A stretch of 64,000 nt of DNA from a virus (taxonomy: Duplodnaviria; Caudoviricetes), in the IMG/VR virus record IMGVR_UViG_3300017716_001697, positions 128,001-192,000 of that record. The stretch is one strand, 5' to 3'. Positions within the stretch are counted from its first letter, which is position 1, and each line of letters opens with the position of its first letter. The position numbers and the translations under genes are program-made. Positions 9,826 to 19,137 of the stretch are shown here, piece after piece. The notes under the pieces were generated by a model. It was not told the origin of the DNA. It saw only the letters and a list, made by a program, of their open reading frames with translations, and did no database searches.

Positions 9826-10199
9826 TGAAAAAAGAAAAAGTCTATATTGTCGTATCCCATAAACATAATCTCAAGGCCGGCAAGAATCCGGCAGGTGAGT
9901 GGGAAGTTGCTGAATCTGTTGAGTTTGTTAATCAGTTACGCAACAAACATTACACAACTTCGAGCGCCATCGGCGATTACATTAATCGCAAGATGATTAC
10001 AGGTAAACGCTTCGGAATGGAAGACTTTGCCAAATTTGAAAACTATATTCGCACTAAGTACGAAAAAGAATTAAGCCAATTAGATAGTGCATACAGTGAA
10101 GCTCGTATTCCTGCGCCCGTAGTACCTGTGTCTAATGAAATCGAAGACGAGTTTGGTAATATTCGCGAACGTAATATCTTCGACAAATCACCAGCATGA
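9825..10199 (+). CDS. hypothetical protein
   Basis: Coupled ORF. Confidence 0.7.
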   Translation: MKKEKVYIVVSHKHNLKAGKNPAGEWEVAESVEFVNQLRNKHYTTSSAIGDYINRKMITGKRFGMEDFAKFENYIRTKYEKELSQLDSAYSEARIPAPVVPVSNEIEDEFGNIRERNIFDKSPA

Positions 10200-10390
10200 A
10201 CGTACTTGTGCTATCAAGAAAACAGATAGAACAACTATCTGCATTAATGGCCGAATATACCGGTGAGGATAGCGTAACATTAGAGATCGACAGTGGTTCG
10301 GGTATAGGATGTCATGTTGCTGCAATTGTGAAATATGCATCAGGCAGCAGGCAAGACTATCGAGACATTACAGATCTCGATATGTGGTAA
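10196..10390 (+). CDS. hypothetical protein
   Basis: ATGA overlap. Confidence 0.6.
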   Translation: MNVLVLSRKQIEQLSALMAEYTGEDSVTLEIDSGSGIGCHVAAIVKYASGSRQDYRDITDLDMW

Positions 10391-10396
10391 TTACAT

Positions 10397-10996
10397 ATGG
10401 ATAAAATTATTCTAACTGACTGCGATGGCGTCCTATTAAAATGGGAAGAAGGCTTTGATTCCTTCATGATGTCAAACGCGCATGCACGATTACCAGAAAC
10501 ACGGTCAGAATATAGTATGGCCTTGCGTTATGGAATAACTGTTAAAAAAGCTCAAGATTACATTAAGTTGTATAACGAAGGCCCTGCTATAGCGTCACTA
10601 GAACCGTTCGCAGATTCGCGTGAATTTGTAGCTAAATTAGCACAAGACGGCTTTAGATTCATTGCTGTAACTAGCCTAAGCGATCATCCTGACGCACACA
10701 GATACAGGACACAAAATTTAAAGGCACTATTCGGCGATGTTTTTGACGAAGTTGTGTGTTTAGAGATGGGTGCAAGTAAAGCACATGTTCTTATGCGTTG
10801 GGCCGATAGTGGTTATTATTGGATAGAAGACCACATGCGCCAGGCCGAAGCTGGTCACGAGGCAGGTTTAAAGACTATCTTAATTAAACATCCGTATAAT
10901 AAGCACTATTATACTGACCTATTCCCTATCGTAAGTTACGAAACCCCGTGGGAAGAAATTTACAATATCATAACGGCTACTTACGCCACTGAATAA
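10397..10996 (+). CDS. HAD-superfamily phosphatase (5'-nucleotidase-like)
   Basis: Motif I LTDCDGVL, VTS, K, WIEDH. Confidence 0.85.
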   Translation: MDKIILTDCDGVLLKWEEGFDSFMMSNAHARLPETRSEYSMALRYGITVKKAQDYIKLYNEGPAIASLEPFADSREFVAKLAQDGFRFIAVTSLSDHPDAHRYRTQNLKALFGDVFDEVVCLEMGASKAHVLMRWADSGYYWIEDHMRQAEAGHEAGLKTILIKHPYNKHYYTDLFPIVSYETPWEEIYNIITATYATE

Positions 10997-11009
10997 ACAT
11001 ATAGAAGAT

Positions 11010-11460
11010 AATAGTTAGTGCTCTAAGACATTCAGCACCGGGACAAGTGGGCGCGAAGGCCACACCTATACCCAAAATATCTGAAATAGATATATCCCCC
11101 GAGCTTCTACGGGTGGTTGTAACGTTCCCCACATACATAGTTGTGGATCAGGACTCCCATTGGAGCGAAGATAGCGTTACAGTAAAAATTTATAAATTTG
11201 CTGCCGGTAAGTGAAAGTAAGGTATGCCCGGCAGGCTGCGCTATAAGTGACTGAAAACGAATAGCATATGCAGTGACTACGAAAGTAGCCCATCTATGAC
11301 GTCCGTAAGGATACAGTTGACATAATCAATCCAAAACTGTTTAAAGTTATATTTCAGTCTATATTGACGCTGTCAGAATAGTATGTGTTTAAATTCTGCA
11401 GAAATGCAGGTGTTAAACACATACCCTTTCTATATCTCTACCGTCAGTGTATATTCTAGT
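11010..11460 (+). ncRNA. candidate large structured non-coding RNA
   Basis: ORF-free gap between convergent genes with at least 10 predicted helices, several closed by GAAA/GTAA loops on the + strand. Confidence 0.55.
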
Positions 11461-11576
11461 CAAAAATAATATCTTTACACATATGCCATATTCTCTTAAA
11501 TATCTGCAAATAGCCAATAAAAAAGCTTGCACCCATTACAGATACAAGCTCGCTATATCTCTTAGATATTATCTAA

Positions 11577-12326
11577 TTAATCTTCTTCTCCATAGATCTC
11601 TAAGACATCTGCGACTATAGGATCGCGTTCAATATGCTCTCTACCGAACTTGCATACTTCCATGGACTCTGGTCTACGACCTGCAAGACGTTCTAAGAAG
11701 TCTTTAAGACCATTCTGCGAAAACCCACGATCATGCTGATGTAAGTCACCTGTGAGTACCATACTACTGCCTTCGCCGATACGTGTTAACAACATCTTCA
11801 TTTGATCAGGTGTTGCATTCTGCATTTCGTCAGCAATGATGTACGATCTCTTAAATGTACGACCACGCATAAAGCCTAACGGGGCAATCTCGATAGTACC
11901 TTCTTCTAACATCTTAGCAGTTTCCATTAATCCATAATATTCTTCAAATACATCGAAAATAGGGCGTGTCCAGGGCTCCATCTTTTCATTTAGTGTACCA
12001 GGTAAGAAGCCGTGTTTTTCATCAACACTTACTGCTGGTCTTGTTAATACAATCTTTGTAATCTCTTGCGAACGTAACGCCTGTATTGCTCTCAATACAG
12101 CTAACAATGTTTTGCCGGTGCCCGCTGGGCCAACTGCGAATACCATACGTTTTTCTAAAAGGGCTTCTACATACGTCTCCTGGGCCGTATTTCTTGGTAG
12201 TAATTCTACACGTCTATAATTTCTGTTCCCTAATTTTACGACATTATCAACTGATGCAACAGCAGGTTGATTACGTGTCGAACGCGATGGTGCCGATTTA
12301 ACGGCCATTTTACGATTTTTGCTCAA
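11577..12326 (-). CDS. phoH: PhoH-family ATPase
   Basis: GPAGTGKT, LTRPAV, GFLPG, RGRTF, DEMQN; likely TTG start at 12326 after an AGGAG RBS (track start 12458 is probably too long). Confidence 0.93.
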   Translation of the reverse strand: MSKNRKMAVKSAPSRSTRNQPAVASVDNVVKLGNRNYRRVELLPRNTAQETYVEALLEKRMVFAVGPAGTGKTLLAVLRAIQALRSQEITKIVLTRPAVSVDEKHGFLPGTLNEKMEPWTRPIFDVFEEYYGLMETAKMLEEGTIEIAPLGFMRGRTFKRSYIIADEMQNATPDQMKMLLTRIGEGSSMVLTGDLHQHDRGFSQNGLKDFLERLAGRRPESMEVCKFGREHIERDPIVADVLEIYGEED

Positions 12327-12509
12327 GGTGGAACTCCTTAGTGTGGTTATTTTTTCTGACGAGGGGATACTAGGCAAGACTTGCTCGCCTAAAGAGACTT
12401 CGATGGATCTATCGAATGTATGTTGCATACAGATATATTTATGCTTTATTGGATGCATGCGCAGTAATACGATAGCAAAACAAATCTATCACGAAACTTT
12501 AATAATATA

Positions 12510-12517
12510 GATAAATA
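12510..12517 (+). promoter_or_regulatory. T4-late-like promoter GATAAATA
   Basis: Precedes the ATG at 12536. Confidence 0.65.
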
Positions 12518-12535
12518 CTCGAAACGGGAACAAAA

Positions 12536-13111
12536 ATGACAACAGACTTAGATTCCATTAAGAACACATTAGTAAATATATCGAAAGGCAATTCTTTGCT
12601 CGATACATTGCTAGAGTTCGAACGCACTCTAGATAATGCAGAAATATTTGCATACAAGAACTGGATACTTGGCGAATTAGTTGAGGGTCCGGACATTAGT
12701 AGGTACTGGTATAAAACAGTGTGGATGTATCCGTATGCTATGATGCCAGATCCAAACGCTGGATTACGATTAACAAAGCTAGGCGCTAAAGTTAATTTTA
12801 GAAAAGGGACATTCAAGAAGCCGGTTAAGGTGCATGGCCCTGAAGATTGGGCAAATCCAGAGACCAAACGTGCTAAGATGGCTGAGCACGAAGTTTGGCT
12901 AGTTACTATTGATCTCCCATTAAAGTACATAAACAACGGCTTAGAGAAGGCAGACGATATTATTCAACAAGACATAGCTGCTACTAATGCAGAGATTGCT
13001 GATGCTTATGATGAACAGCCTGAAGATGATAGCATGGATATGACCGGTGGTGACGAAATGGCTCCGGACGAAGGAATGCCGACAGACGCGCCACCTGAGG
13101 AAGAACTATGA
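12536..13111 (+). CDS. phage hypothetical protein with acidic tail
   Basis: 191-aa ORF after a late-type promoter. Confidence 0.8.
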   Translation: MTTDLDSIKNTLVNISKGNSLLDTLLEFERTLDNAEIFAYKNWILGELVEGPDISRYWYKTVWMYPYAMMPDPNAGLRLTKLGAKVNFRKGTFKKPVKVHGPEDWANPETKRAKMAEHEVWLVTIDLPLKYINNGLEKADDIIQQDIAATNAEIADAYDEQPEDDSMDMTGGDEMAPDEGMPTDAPPEEEL

Positions 13112-13860
13112 GTTTAAAGAATGGGGATTTGGAAGGTACAATTCTTCCTATAGTATCGATTGATGAATTTGAACCGAAAGCAGGTGATGTACAAGATATC
13201 ATTGTTGTAGCCTTCTATCTAACTGATCAAGCACCTGCCGACGATCTTAACACATTTATTCAACGTGGTGTTATAGATACATTAGATGTATGCGTAAGCC
13301 CTAATACTGACGATGACGGTCGATATCTTGTGTTTGTTGAAATGGAGAGAAATGAGACATTTCAAGAAAAATTTCAGGCACTGTTAAAAGATGTAGATAA
13401 TGTGGCTGGTAAAACTGATTGGAAAATTAAAACATATCTGTCAGACGATAAAGAGTTTGATTATACCGATCCAACATTTTACAAATTTATTATTGTTAAC
13501 CCAGAAGAGTATGTATCAAAGGACGAATTTATGAAAGAATCAATGCAGGCTAACGTTAAAGAGTTCTTAAGTGATGCACATATAATGTATTGCAATTTTG
13601 AAGGCAACAACATAACAATCGGTGCAGGTCAACGCAAAATTGTCGCGGAAGTTGTTGATGTGGGCGATTACGATACTGTAATAGGCAGGAATTTTCTTGC
13701 TGAATCTGCGTTCAGGTTGACAAATAGGCCAATAGAAGCTACAGTACTAACAGGACTGCTAGGTGTCTACGATGTCATGCCAATAGGTAAATTCTTATGT
13801 GTTGGTAAAGATGACAAAGTGATGTTACTTAGAAACACTGAACTTAAATACAGAGGATAA
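13108..13860 (+). CDS. phage hypothetical protein
   Basis: 250-aa ORF with ATGA overlap. Confidence 0.8.
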   Translation: MSLKNGDLEGTILPIVSIDEFEPKAGDVQDIIVVAFYLTDQAPADDLNTFIQRGVIDTLDVCVSPNTDDDGRYLVFVEMERNETFQEKFQALLKDVDNVAGKTDWKIKTYLSDDKEFDYTDPTFYKFIIVNPEEYVSKDEFMKESMQANVKEFLSDAHIMYCNFEGNNITIGAGQRKIVAEVVDVGDYDTVIGRNFLAESAFRLTNRPIEATVLTGLLGVYDVMPIGKFLCVGKDDKVMLLRNTELKYRG

Positions 13861-13863
13861 AAC

Positions 13864-14079
13864 TTGGCTAAAGATGATGTTATTGTTACACGTGGTCGCA
13901 TTACAGATGCTGCACCCGGAGCGCGATTCAAGGTTACACTAGAAAACGGGCATATAATGAATGCAATCGTTAGTGGTAAGATTAGAAAGAATAATATCCA
14001 GATCATCCTTGATGACCTGGTAGAGGTAGAAATGTCAGTATACGACATGAACTTAGGTAGAATCACATACCGATTTTAA
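13864..14079 (+). CDS. infA: translation initiation factor IF-1
   Basis: MAKDDVI..G.I.DAAPGARFKV.LENGH..NA.VSGKIRKNNI.I...D.V.VEMS.YD...GRITYR; TTG start after GAGG. Confidence 0.95.
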   Translation: MAKDDVIVTRGRITDAAPGARFKVTLENGHIMNAIVSGKIRKNNIQIILDDLVEVEMSVYDMNLGRITYRF

Positions 14080-14091
14080 AGAAAGCTTAAA

Positions 14092-14925
14092 ATGAGCAAA
14101 CGGGATTATTACGATATCCTCGGCGTTGCTAAAGATGCATCCGACGATGACATTAAGAAAGCTTATCGCAAACTAGCAATGAAATATCACCCGGACAGAA
14201 ATGTCGACGGTGATAAGACTGCGGCCGAAGTCAAGTTCAAAGAACTACAAGAAGCATACGAGTGTCTGTCTGATCCAGTCAAACGAGATACGTATAACAG
14301 GCATGGTCATCAAACTCCCGGTGCCAGCCCTGGCGCTCGTTCGTACACACATTCATCGCACAATGTAGATATTAACGAAATATTTAGCAGCATGTTTGGC
14401 GGCGGCCGTAACCCGTTCGGTGATATGTTTGGCGGCGGACAAGCAAATGCTCATCGGCCGCAAATGCAACGCCACATACTGAAAATGCCGTTGGAAGATG
14501 CTTACACAGGCAAACAACTAAGATTACCCGCCGGTATAACGTTGAATATTCCGGCAGGCGCAAGATCGGGCACAAAGTTTGTCGCTGATAACGCAATTTA
14601 TCAATTAGAGATTCAACCTCATGCAAGATTTAAACGATCAGACGATGATTTATTAATTGATGTTGAAGTATCTGCAATTGAAGCCATGCTAAGTGTGGAG
14701 GCAACACTTGACCATTTAGATGGTAGTAAGTTACAATTTACTATACCTGCGGGTATACAAAACGGTCAGGTAGTTAGGTTGAGTGGGAAAGGTATGAAAA
14801 ATCCCGAGCACGACAGGATAGGTGATTTGATGATACGAATTACTGTTACTACACCCAGGAATCTAACTGATGAACAACAAGCATTCTTAAAAACAATGCA
14901 ACGCCGCGAAATGTTAAATATTTAA
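14092..14925 (+). CDS. dnaJ: DnaJ-class chaperone lacking the zinc finger (CbpA-like)
   Basis: J-domain with HPD, G/F-rich linker, C-terminal DnaJ_C; no CxxCxGxG repeats. Confidence 0.92.
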   Translation: MSKRDYYDILGVAKDASDDDIKKAYRKLAMKYHPDRNVDGDKTAAEVKFKELQEAYECLSDPVKRDTYNRHGHQTPGASPGARSYTHSSHNVDINEIFSSMFGGGRNPFGDMFGGGQANAHRPQMQRHILKMPLEDAYTGKQLRLPAGITLNIPAGARSGTKFVADNAIYQLEIQPHARFKRSDDDLLIDVEVSAIEAMLSVEATLDHLDGSKLQFTIPAGIQNGQVVRLSGKGMKNPEHDRIGDLMIRITVTTPRNLTDEQQAFLKTMQRREMLNI

Positions 14926-14933
14926 GGAATATA

Positions 14934-17150
14934 ATGAGTACCAAAAAAGTAGAGAAAATGATTGAACGTGCTGTCGTTATTGCTAATGACAACAATCACG
15001 AATATATAACATTGGAACATATCTTGCTTTCTCTGTTACATGAGAAAGACATTAACGAATTAATCTTAGGCATTGGTTCAGTTCCCGGTGTTGTGAAATC
15101 TGAAGTCATTACATTTCTTAATGACCCGGCATTGAAGAAGCCCGAGGCGTTGAAAGATGTACCGGCAAAACGTACGACTGTACTACAAAGAACAATGCAA
15201 CGTGCATTGACACAACTTGTTTTCAGTGGTCGCAACGAACTTACTACTGAAGCTGTGCTGATTAGCATCCTTAGTGAGGAGACAAGTCATGCATACTATT
15301 TCTTGGCTAAGAATGGTATCACACGTGAGAAACTTATCGCAATACTGAAGAAGAGTGATGAGAAAGCTGCAAATGCTGACGAAAGCCCACTTGCTTTGTA
15401 TGCACGTAATTTAAACAAAGAAGCAGCTGACGGCACGATTGATCCAGTCATTGGGCGGTCAAAAGAAGTTGCTGATACAATCGAAATCTTGGCCCGCCGC
15501 AAGAAGAATAATGTTGTATACGTAGGCGAGCCAGGCGTGGGTAAGACTGCACTTGCAGAAGGACTTGCACTAAAGATTACAGAGAAAGATGTACCTAAGT
15601 CATTGCATGACAAGGTAGTTTATAGTTTAGACATTGGTGCACTTATTGCCGGCACAAAATTCCGCGGTGATTTCGAAGAACGCCTTAAGGGTGTGCTCGA
15701 TGAAGTTAAGAAGCTCGGCAACGTAATTATGTTTATTGATGAGATTCACATGATTCTGGGTGCAGGTTCGTCGGGCAGCAGTACAATGGATGCTGGTAAT
15801 TTGCTTAAACCTATGTTAGCAAAGGGTCAGTTAATGTGTGTAGGTGCAACAACATACGACGAATTTCACGAACACTTTGAGAAAGATAAGGCACTGTTGC
15901 GCCGCTTCCAGAAGTACGATATCAACCAACCTAGTGCTGCTGAAACAAAATTAATTCTTGCAGGTTTGCAAAAACATTATGAAAAATTCCACGGCGTAAC
16001 CTACGACATGGGTTCTACAGATTTGTGTGTAGATTTGGCAGACAGGTATTTGAAGAATAAGTTCTTCCCTGATAAAGCATTAGACATCATGGATGCAGCA
16101 GGTGCAGTAACTAAACTTGCTGAAAATAAAACTGTATCAATGCATACTGTATTGGAGCAGGCATCTAAGATTGCTCGTATCCCATTGGACATGATGGATG
16201 TTAAGGCAAATGATGCATTGGCTAATCTTGAACCTAGATTGAAAAATAAGGTGTATGGTCAAGATAATGCATTGGTTGCACTTACTGAGGCAATTTATAT
16301 GGCCAAAGCGGGATTGCGCAAGCCTAACAAGCCAATCGGTAATTTCTTATTCACAGGTCCTACCGGCTCAGGTAAAACATATACGGCAGAGAAGCTTGCG
16401 GAACTGCTGGGTGTTAAACTAGTGCGGTTTGACATGTCGGAATATATGGAAAAACACACTGTTTCCAAACTGATTGGCGCTCCTCCCGGCTATGTAGGCC
16501 ACGGCGAAGGCAAGATGGGTGAAGGGCAACTTATTGCAGAAGTGGACGCCAATCCTAACTGTGTGTTATTGCTTGACGAAATCGAGAAGGCATCACCAGA
16601 TATCTTCGCTGTGCTATTGCAAGTTATGGATGCAGGTCGCTTAACTTCTAGCAAAGGTAAGACAGTTGATTTCTCTAATGTGGTTCTTATTATGTCTGCC
16701 AATGCAGGTGCATCGGATGCAGAAAAGAAACGTATCGGATTCGGAAATCAAGATAACAGCAGTGCCGTTGATGTTGAACTTAAACGTTTGTTTACTCCAG
16801 AGTTTAGAAATCGTTTAGATGCTGTAATTAAATTCAACAAGTTAGGCATTGAAGAAATGCGTATGATTGTTAATTCCGAAGTCGAGAAGACTGAAGCTAC
16901 ATTAGAAGTCAAGAACATCACACTAACAGTAACAGCACAGGCAAGGGACTGGTTGGCAACAAATGGATTAGATCCACAAATGGGTGCAAGGCCATTTGAA
17001 CGACTGTTCGAGACGAAAGTTAAGAAACCGCTATCTAAAGAAATTTTATTCGGTAAGTTGAAAGACGGTGGTCATGTTGTTGTTGATATTGTTAATGGCG
17101 AATTAGTTGTAAACACACATTCGCGTGCATTAGAACCAGTAGTCATCTAA
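14934..17150 (+). CDS. clpA: ClpA-type AAA+ unfoldase
   Basis: Clp N-domain, two NBDs (GEPGVGKT, GPTGSGKT), IGF ClpP-docking loop (KRIGFG), no ClpB middle coiled coil. Confidence 0.93.
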   Translation: MSTKKVEKMIERAVVIANDNNHEYITLEHILLSLLHEKDINELILGIGSVPGVVKSEVITFLNDPALKKPEALKDVPAKRTTVLQRTMQRALTQLVFSGRNELTTEAVLISILSEETSHAYYFLAKNGITREKLIAILKKSDEKAANADESPLALYARNLNKEAADGTIDPVIGRSKEVADTIEILARRKKNNVVYVGEPGVGKTALAEGLALKITEKDVPKSLHDKVVYSLDIGALIAGTKFRGDFEERLKGVLDEVKKLGNVIMFIDEIHMILGAGSSGSSTMDAGNLLKPMLAKGQLMCVGATTYDEFHEHFEKDKALLRRFQKYDINQPSAAETKLILAGLQKHYEKFHGVTYDMGSTDLCVDLADRYLKNKFFPDKALDIMDAAGAVTKLAENKTVSMHTVLEQASKIARIPLDMMDVKANDALANLEPRLKNKVYGQDNALVALTEAIYMAKAGLRKPNKPIGNFLFTGPTGSGKTYTAEKLAELLGVKLVRFDMSEYMEKHTVSKLIGAPPGYVGHGEGKMGEGQLIAEVDANPNCVLLLDEIEKASPDIFAVLLQVMDAGRLTSSKGKTVDFSNVVLIMSANAGASDAEKKRIGFGNQDNSSAVDVELKRLFTPEFRNRLDAVIKFNKLGIEEMRMIVNSEVEKTEATLEVKNITLTVTAQARDWLATNGLDPQMGARPFERLFETKVKKPLSKEILFGKLKDGGHVVVDIVNGELVVNTHSRALEPVVI

Positions 17151-17161
17151 TACTACTAACT

Positions 17162-17190
17162 TAGAAAAGGGGCATTTAGCCCCTTTTCTA
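17162..17190. terminator. intrinsic terminator (symmetric)
   Basis: TAGAAAAGGGGC-ATTTA-GCCCCTTTTCTA. Confidence 0.85.
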
Positions 17191-17216
17191 ATGGGCTAAA
17201 ATATCTTGTATGTCTT

Positions 17217-17224
17217 GATAAATA
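17217..17224 (+). promoter_or_regulatory. T4-late-like promoter GATAAATA
   Basis: Heads the structural block; GGAG RBS before ATG 17250. Confidence 0.7.
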
Positions 17225-17249
17225 ATGGTAACATTATTGGAGACATACT

Positions 17250-18278
17250 ATGGGCGTACAATTCGCAGGAAATATTTTAGTTCAATCAAACGGCGAACCC
17301 TTGCCAATCAGTATGGGCGGCACTGGTCAGTCGACAGCACCAACAGCAATCAATGCACTGGTACCAGTGCAATCAGGAAATACAGGCAAAGTCCTTACTA
17401 CTAATGGATCTGTTGTTTCTTGGCAAACTGGTGGTGGCGGTGGCACACCAGGTGGTGCTGACACACAAATTCAATTCAATGATGCTGGCACATTCGGCGG
17501 TAATGCAAATTTTACTATCAATAAGACAACTGGTGTGGTGTCGTATTCGGCAGGTACAGTTAGCACAGTATCCAATATATCGAGTACATCTGGCACAAAT
17601 CGTAGTGTAATATATCAAACATCTGGCAGTGATCGTTGGATACTTAAAGCCGACACTACCGCAGAAACAGGTTCTAATGTAGGATCTAACTTTGCATTAG
17701 TTGCTGTAGCCGATAATGGACTTACGCAGAACACAGCATTATCTATTTCTCGTGCAACACAGATTGTTGACTTTAAAGTTGCACCTACATTAAACGGAGT
17801 AGTTATAGGTTCTGCACCCGCCGCCGCCGGCGCGTTGACCGGTACTACCTTAGCAGCTAATGTGGTATCTTCCAGTTTAACTAGTGTCGGAACATTGGCT
17901 TCGCTAGCAGTAACTGGCGCCATAACAACCGGTGGCATAGAAGTCGGTACAAAGATTGTACCACAGAATATTCAATCTGCCGCCTACACATTAGTACTGG
18001 CTGATAGCAGTAAGTTTATATTTCATCCGTCTGCAGATACTACGGCTCGCACATACACTATTCCATCGAATGCTTCTGTACCATATCCGATTGGAACAGC
18101 ATTGATGTTTGTTAATCAAAATGCAGCAGGTGTTATAACTATTGCAATTAATGCAGATTCCCTACGACTTGCCGGCGCTGGTACACCAGGTGCCCGGACA
18201 TTAGCTGCCAACGGTATTGCTACAGCAATTAAAATTACAGCAACTGAGTGGATTATCTCCGGAACAGGATTGTCTTAA
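17250..18278 (+). CDS. fibre-like virion structural protein
   Basis: G/T/S/A-rich; GGTG..TA..AINAL.P.Q.GN.GK.LTTNG module; late promoter. Confidence 0.7.
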   Translation: MGVQFAGNILVQSNGEPLPISMGGTGQSTAPTAINALVPVQSGNTGKVLTTNGSVVSWQTGGGGGTPGGADTQIQFNDAGTFGGNANFTINKTTGVVSYSAGTVSTVSNISSTSGTNRSVIYQTSGSDRWILKADTTAETGSNVGSNFALVAVADNGLTQNTALSISRATQIVDFKVAPTLNGVVIGSAPAAAGALTGTTLAANVVSSSLTSVGTLASLAVTGAITTGGIEVGTKIVPQNIQSAAYTLVLADSSKFIFHPSADTTARTYTIPSNASVPYPIGTALMFVNQNAAGVITIAINADSLRLAGAGTPGARTLAANGIATAIKITATEWIISGTGLS

Positions 18279-18279
18279 T

Positions 18280-19137
18280 ATGAGCATTATATCAATGATA
18301 ACACTGGGTACAGTAGTTACAGCCACCCCTGTAATCGGTAATACCTTCGGCATATATGCCGGCCAGGGTTCCGCTACCACTAATAAATATTCGTGGGAGG
18401 GCGACGTGGTAACAGTAGCTACAAGTCTACCCGCCAATGTCCAGCCTAGCCGGGTAGGATTTGGGAATGTAGAAAGAGGGATCTTCACGCTGTCTGGTAA
18501 TACTACACTGACAGACAGCTATACATATAGTAACGATACAGTAACCGCAGCTGGCGCGTTGACATCAACATATTCGACGGCATATGCAACAGGCAACAGC
18601 ACTCTTGCAGTAATGGCACGTAGTGGTGGTGTCACTGGTAGTATGGTATACACATACTCTACGGATTCTACTGTGGTCGGATCACCGTTCTTGAATACAA
18701 TGGATTATAGAGCAGGTGCAGCAGGTAATGGTACACGTGGCATATTTGTACGTGGCGCCGCCTTCGGCCTGACTACATACAAATATACGTATTCTTCGAG
18801 CATTGTGACCGCGGCAGCTAATCTTACTGTTTATTCATATGTTACATGTGCGATGGGCTCCAGTACGCAAGGATTATTTATACGTGGATCAAATTCCTCA
18901 ACAACTACAAAATACCTATACTCTTCCGATACGGTATCGGCAGGAGCGGCCTTACCGGCTCTTGCATACTTCGGGACGGGAACCGGCACAGAAACTGCAG
19001 GTGTCTGTAGTATAGGCAATAGTACATCAGCTACAGCTAAATATACATATTCTAGCGACGTGGCAGTCACTGCTACTAGTGTCACAATGGCTACATATAA
19101 CTATGGTGCATCAACATCTAATACAAATATAGCATGA
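18280..19137 (+). CDS. repeat protein, probable beta-propeller virion accessory
   Basis: About six ~43-aa repeats with a KYTYSSDxV core; likely start 18280. Confidence 0.65.
   Translation: MSIISMITLGTVVTATPVIGNTFGIYAGQGSATTNKYSWEGDVVTVATSLPANVQPSRVGFGNVERGIFTLSGNTTLTDSYTYSNDTVTAAGALTSTYSTAYATGNSTLAVMARSGGVTGSMVYTYSTDSTVVGSPFLNTMDYRAGAAGNGTRGIFVRGAAFGLTTYKYTYSSSIVTAAANLTVYSYVTCAMGSSTQGLFIRGSNSSTTTKYLYSSDTVSAGAALPALAYFGTGTGTETAGVCSIGNSTSATAKYTYSSDVAVTATSVTMATYNYGASTSNTNIA

Noticed and set aside
11270-11320. Hammerhead ribozyme suggested by GTCC-GTAA-GGAT and a nearby GAAA
   Set aside because: The CTGATGA core is absent (CTATGAC instead) and no GAAAC follows the stem in the right order
10997-11576. 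tRNA, tmRNA, RNase P RNA or group I intron in the gap
   Set aside because: No TTCGA T-loop/CCA end, no GAGGAAAGTCC, and no P7-type group I motifs seen by eye; a covariance-model search is still needed
14934-17150. ClpB disaggregase (adjacent to DnaJ)
   Set aside because: No middle coiled-coil domain, the length fits ClpA and the IGF loop is present
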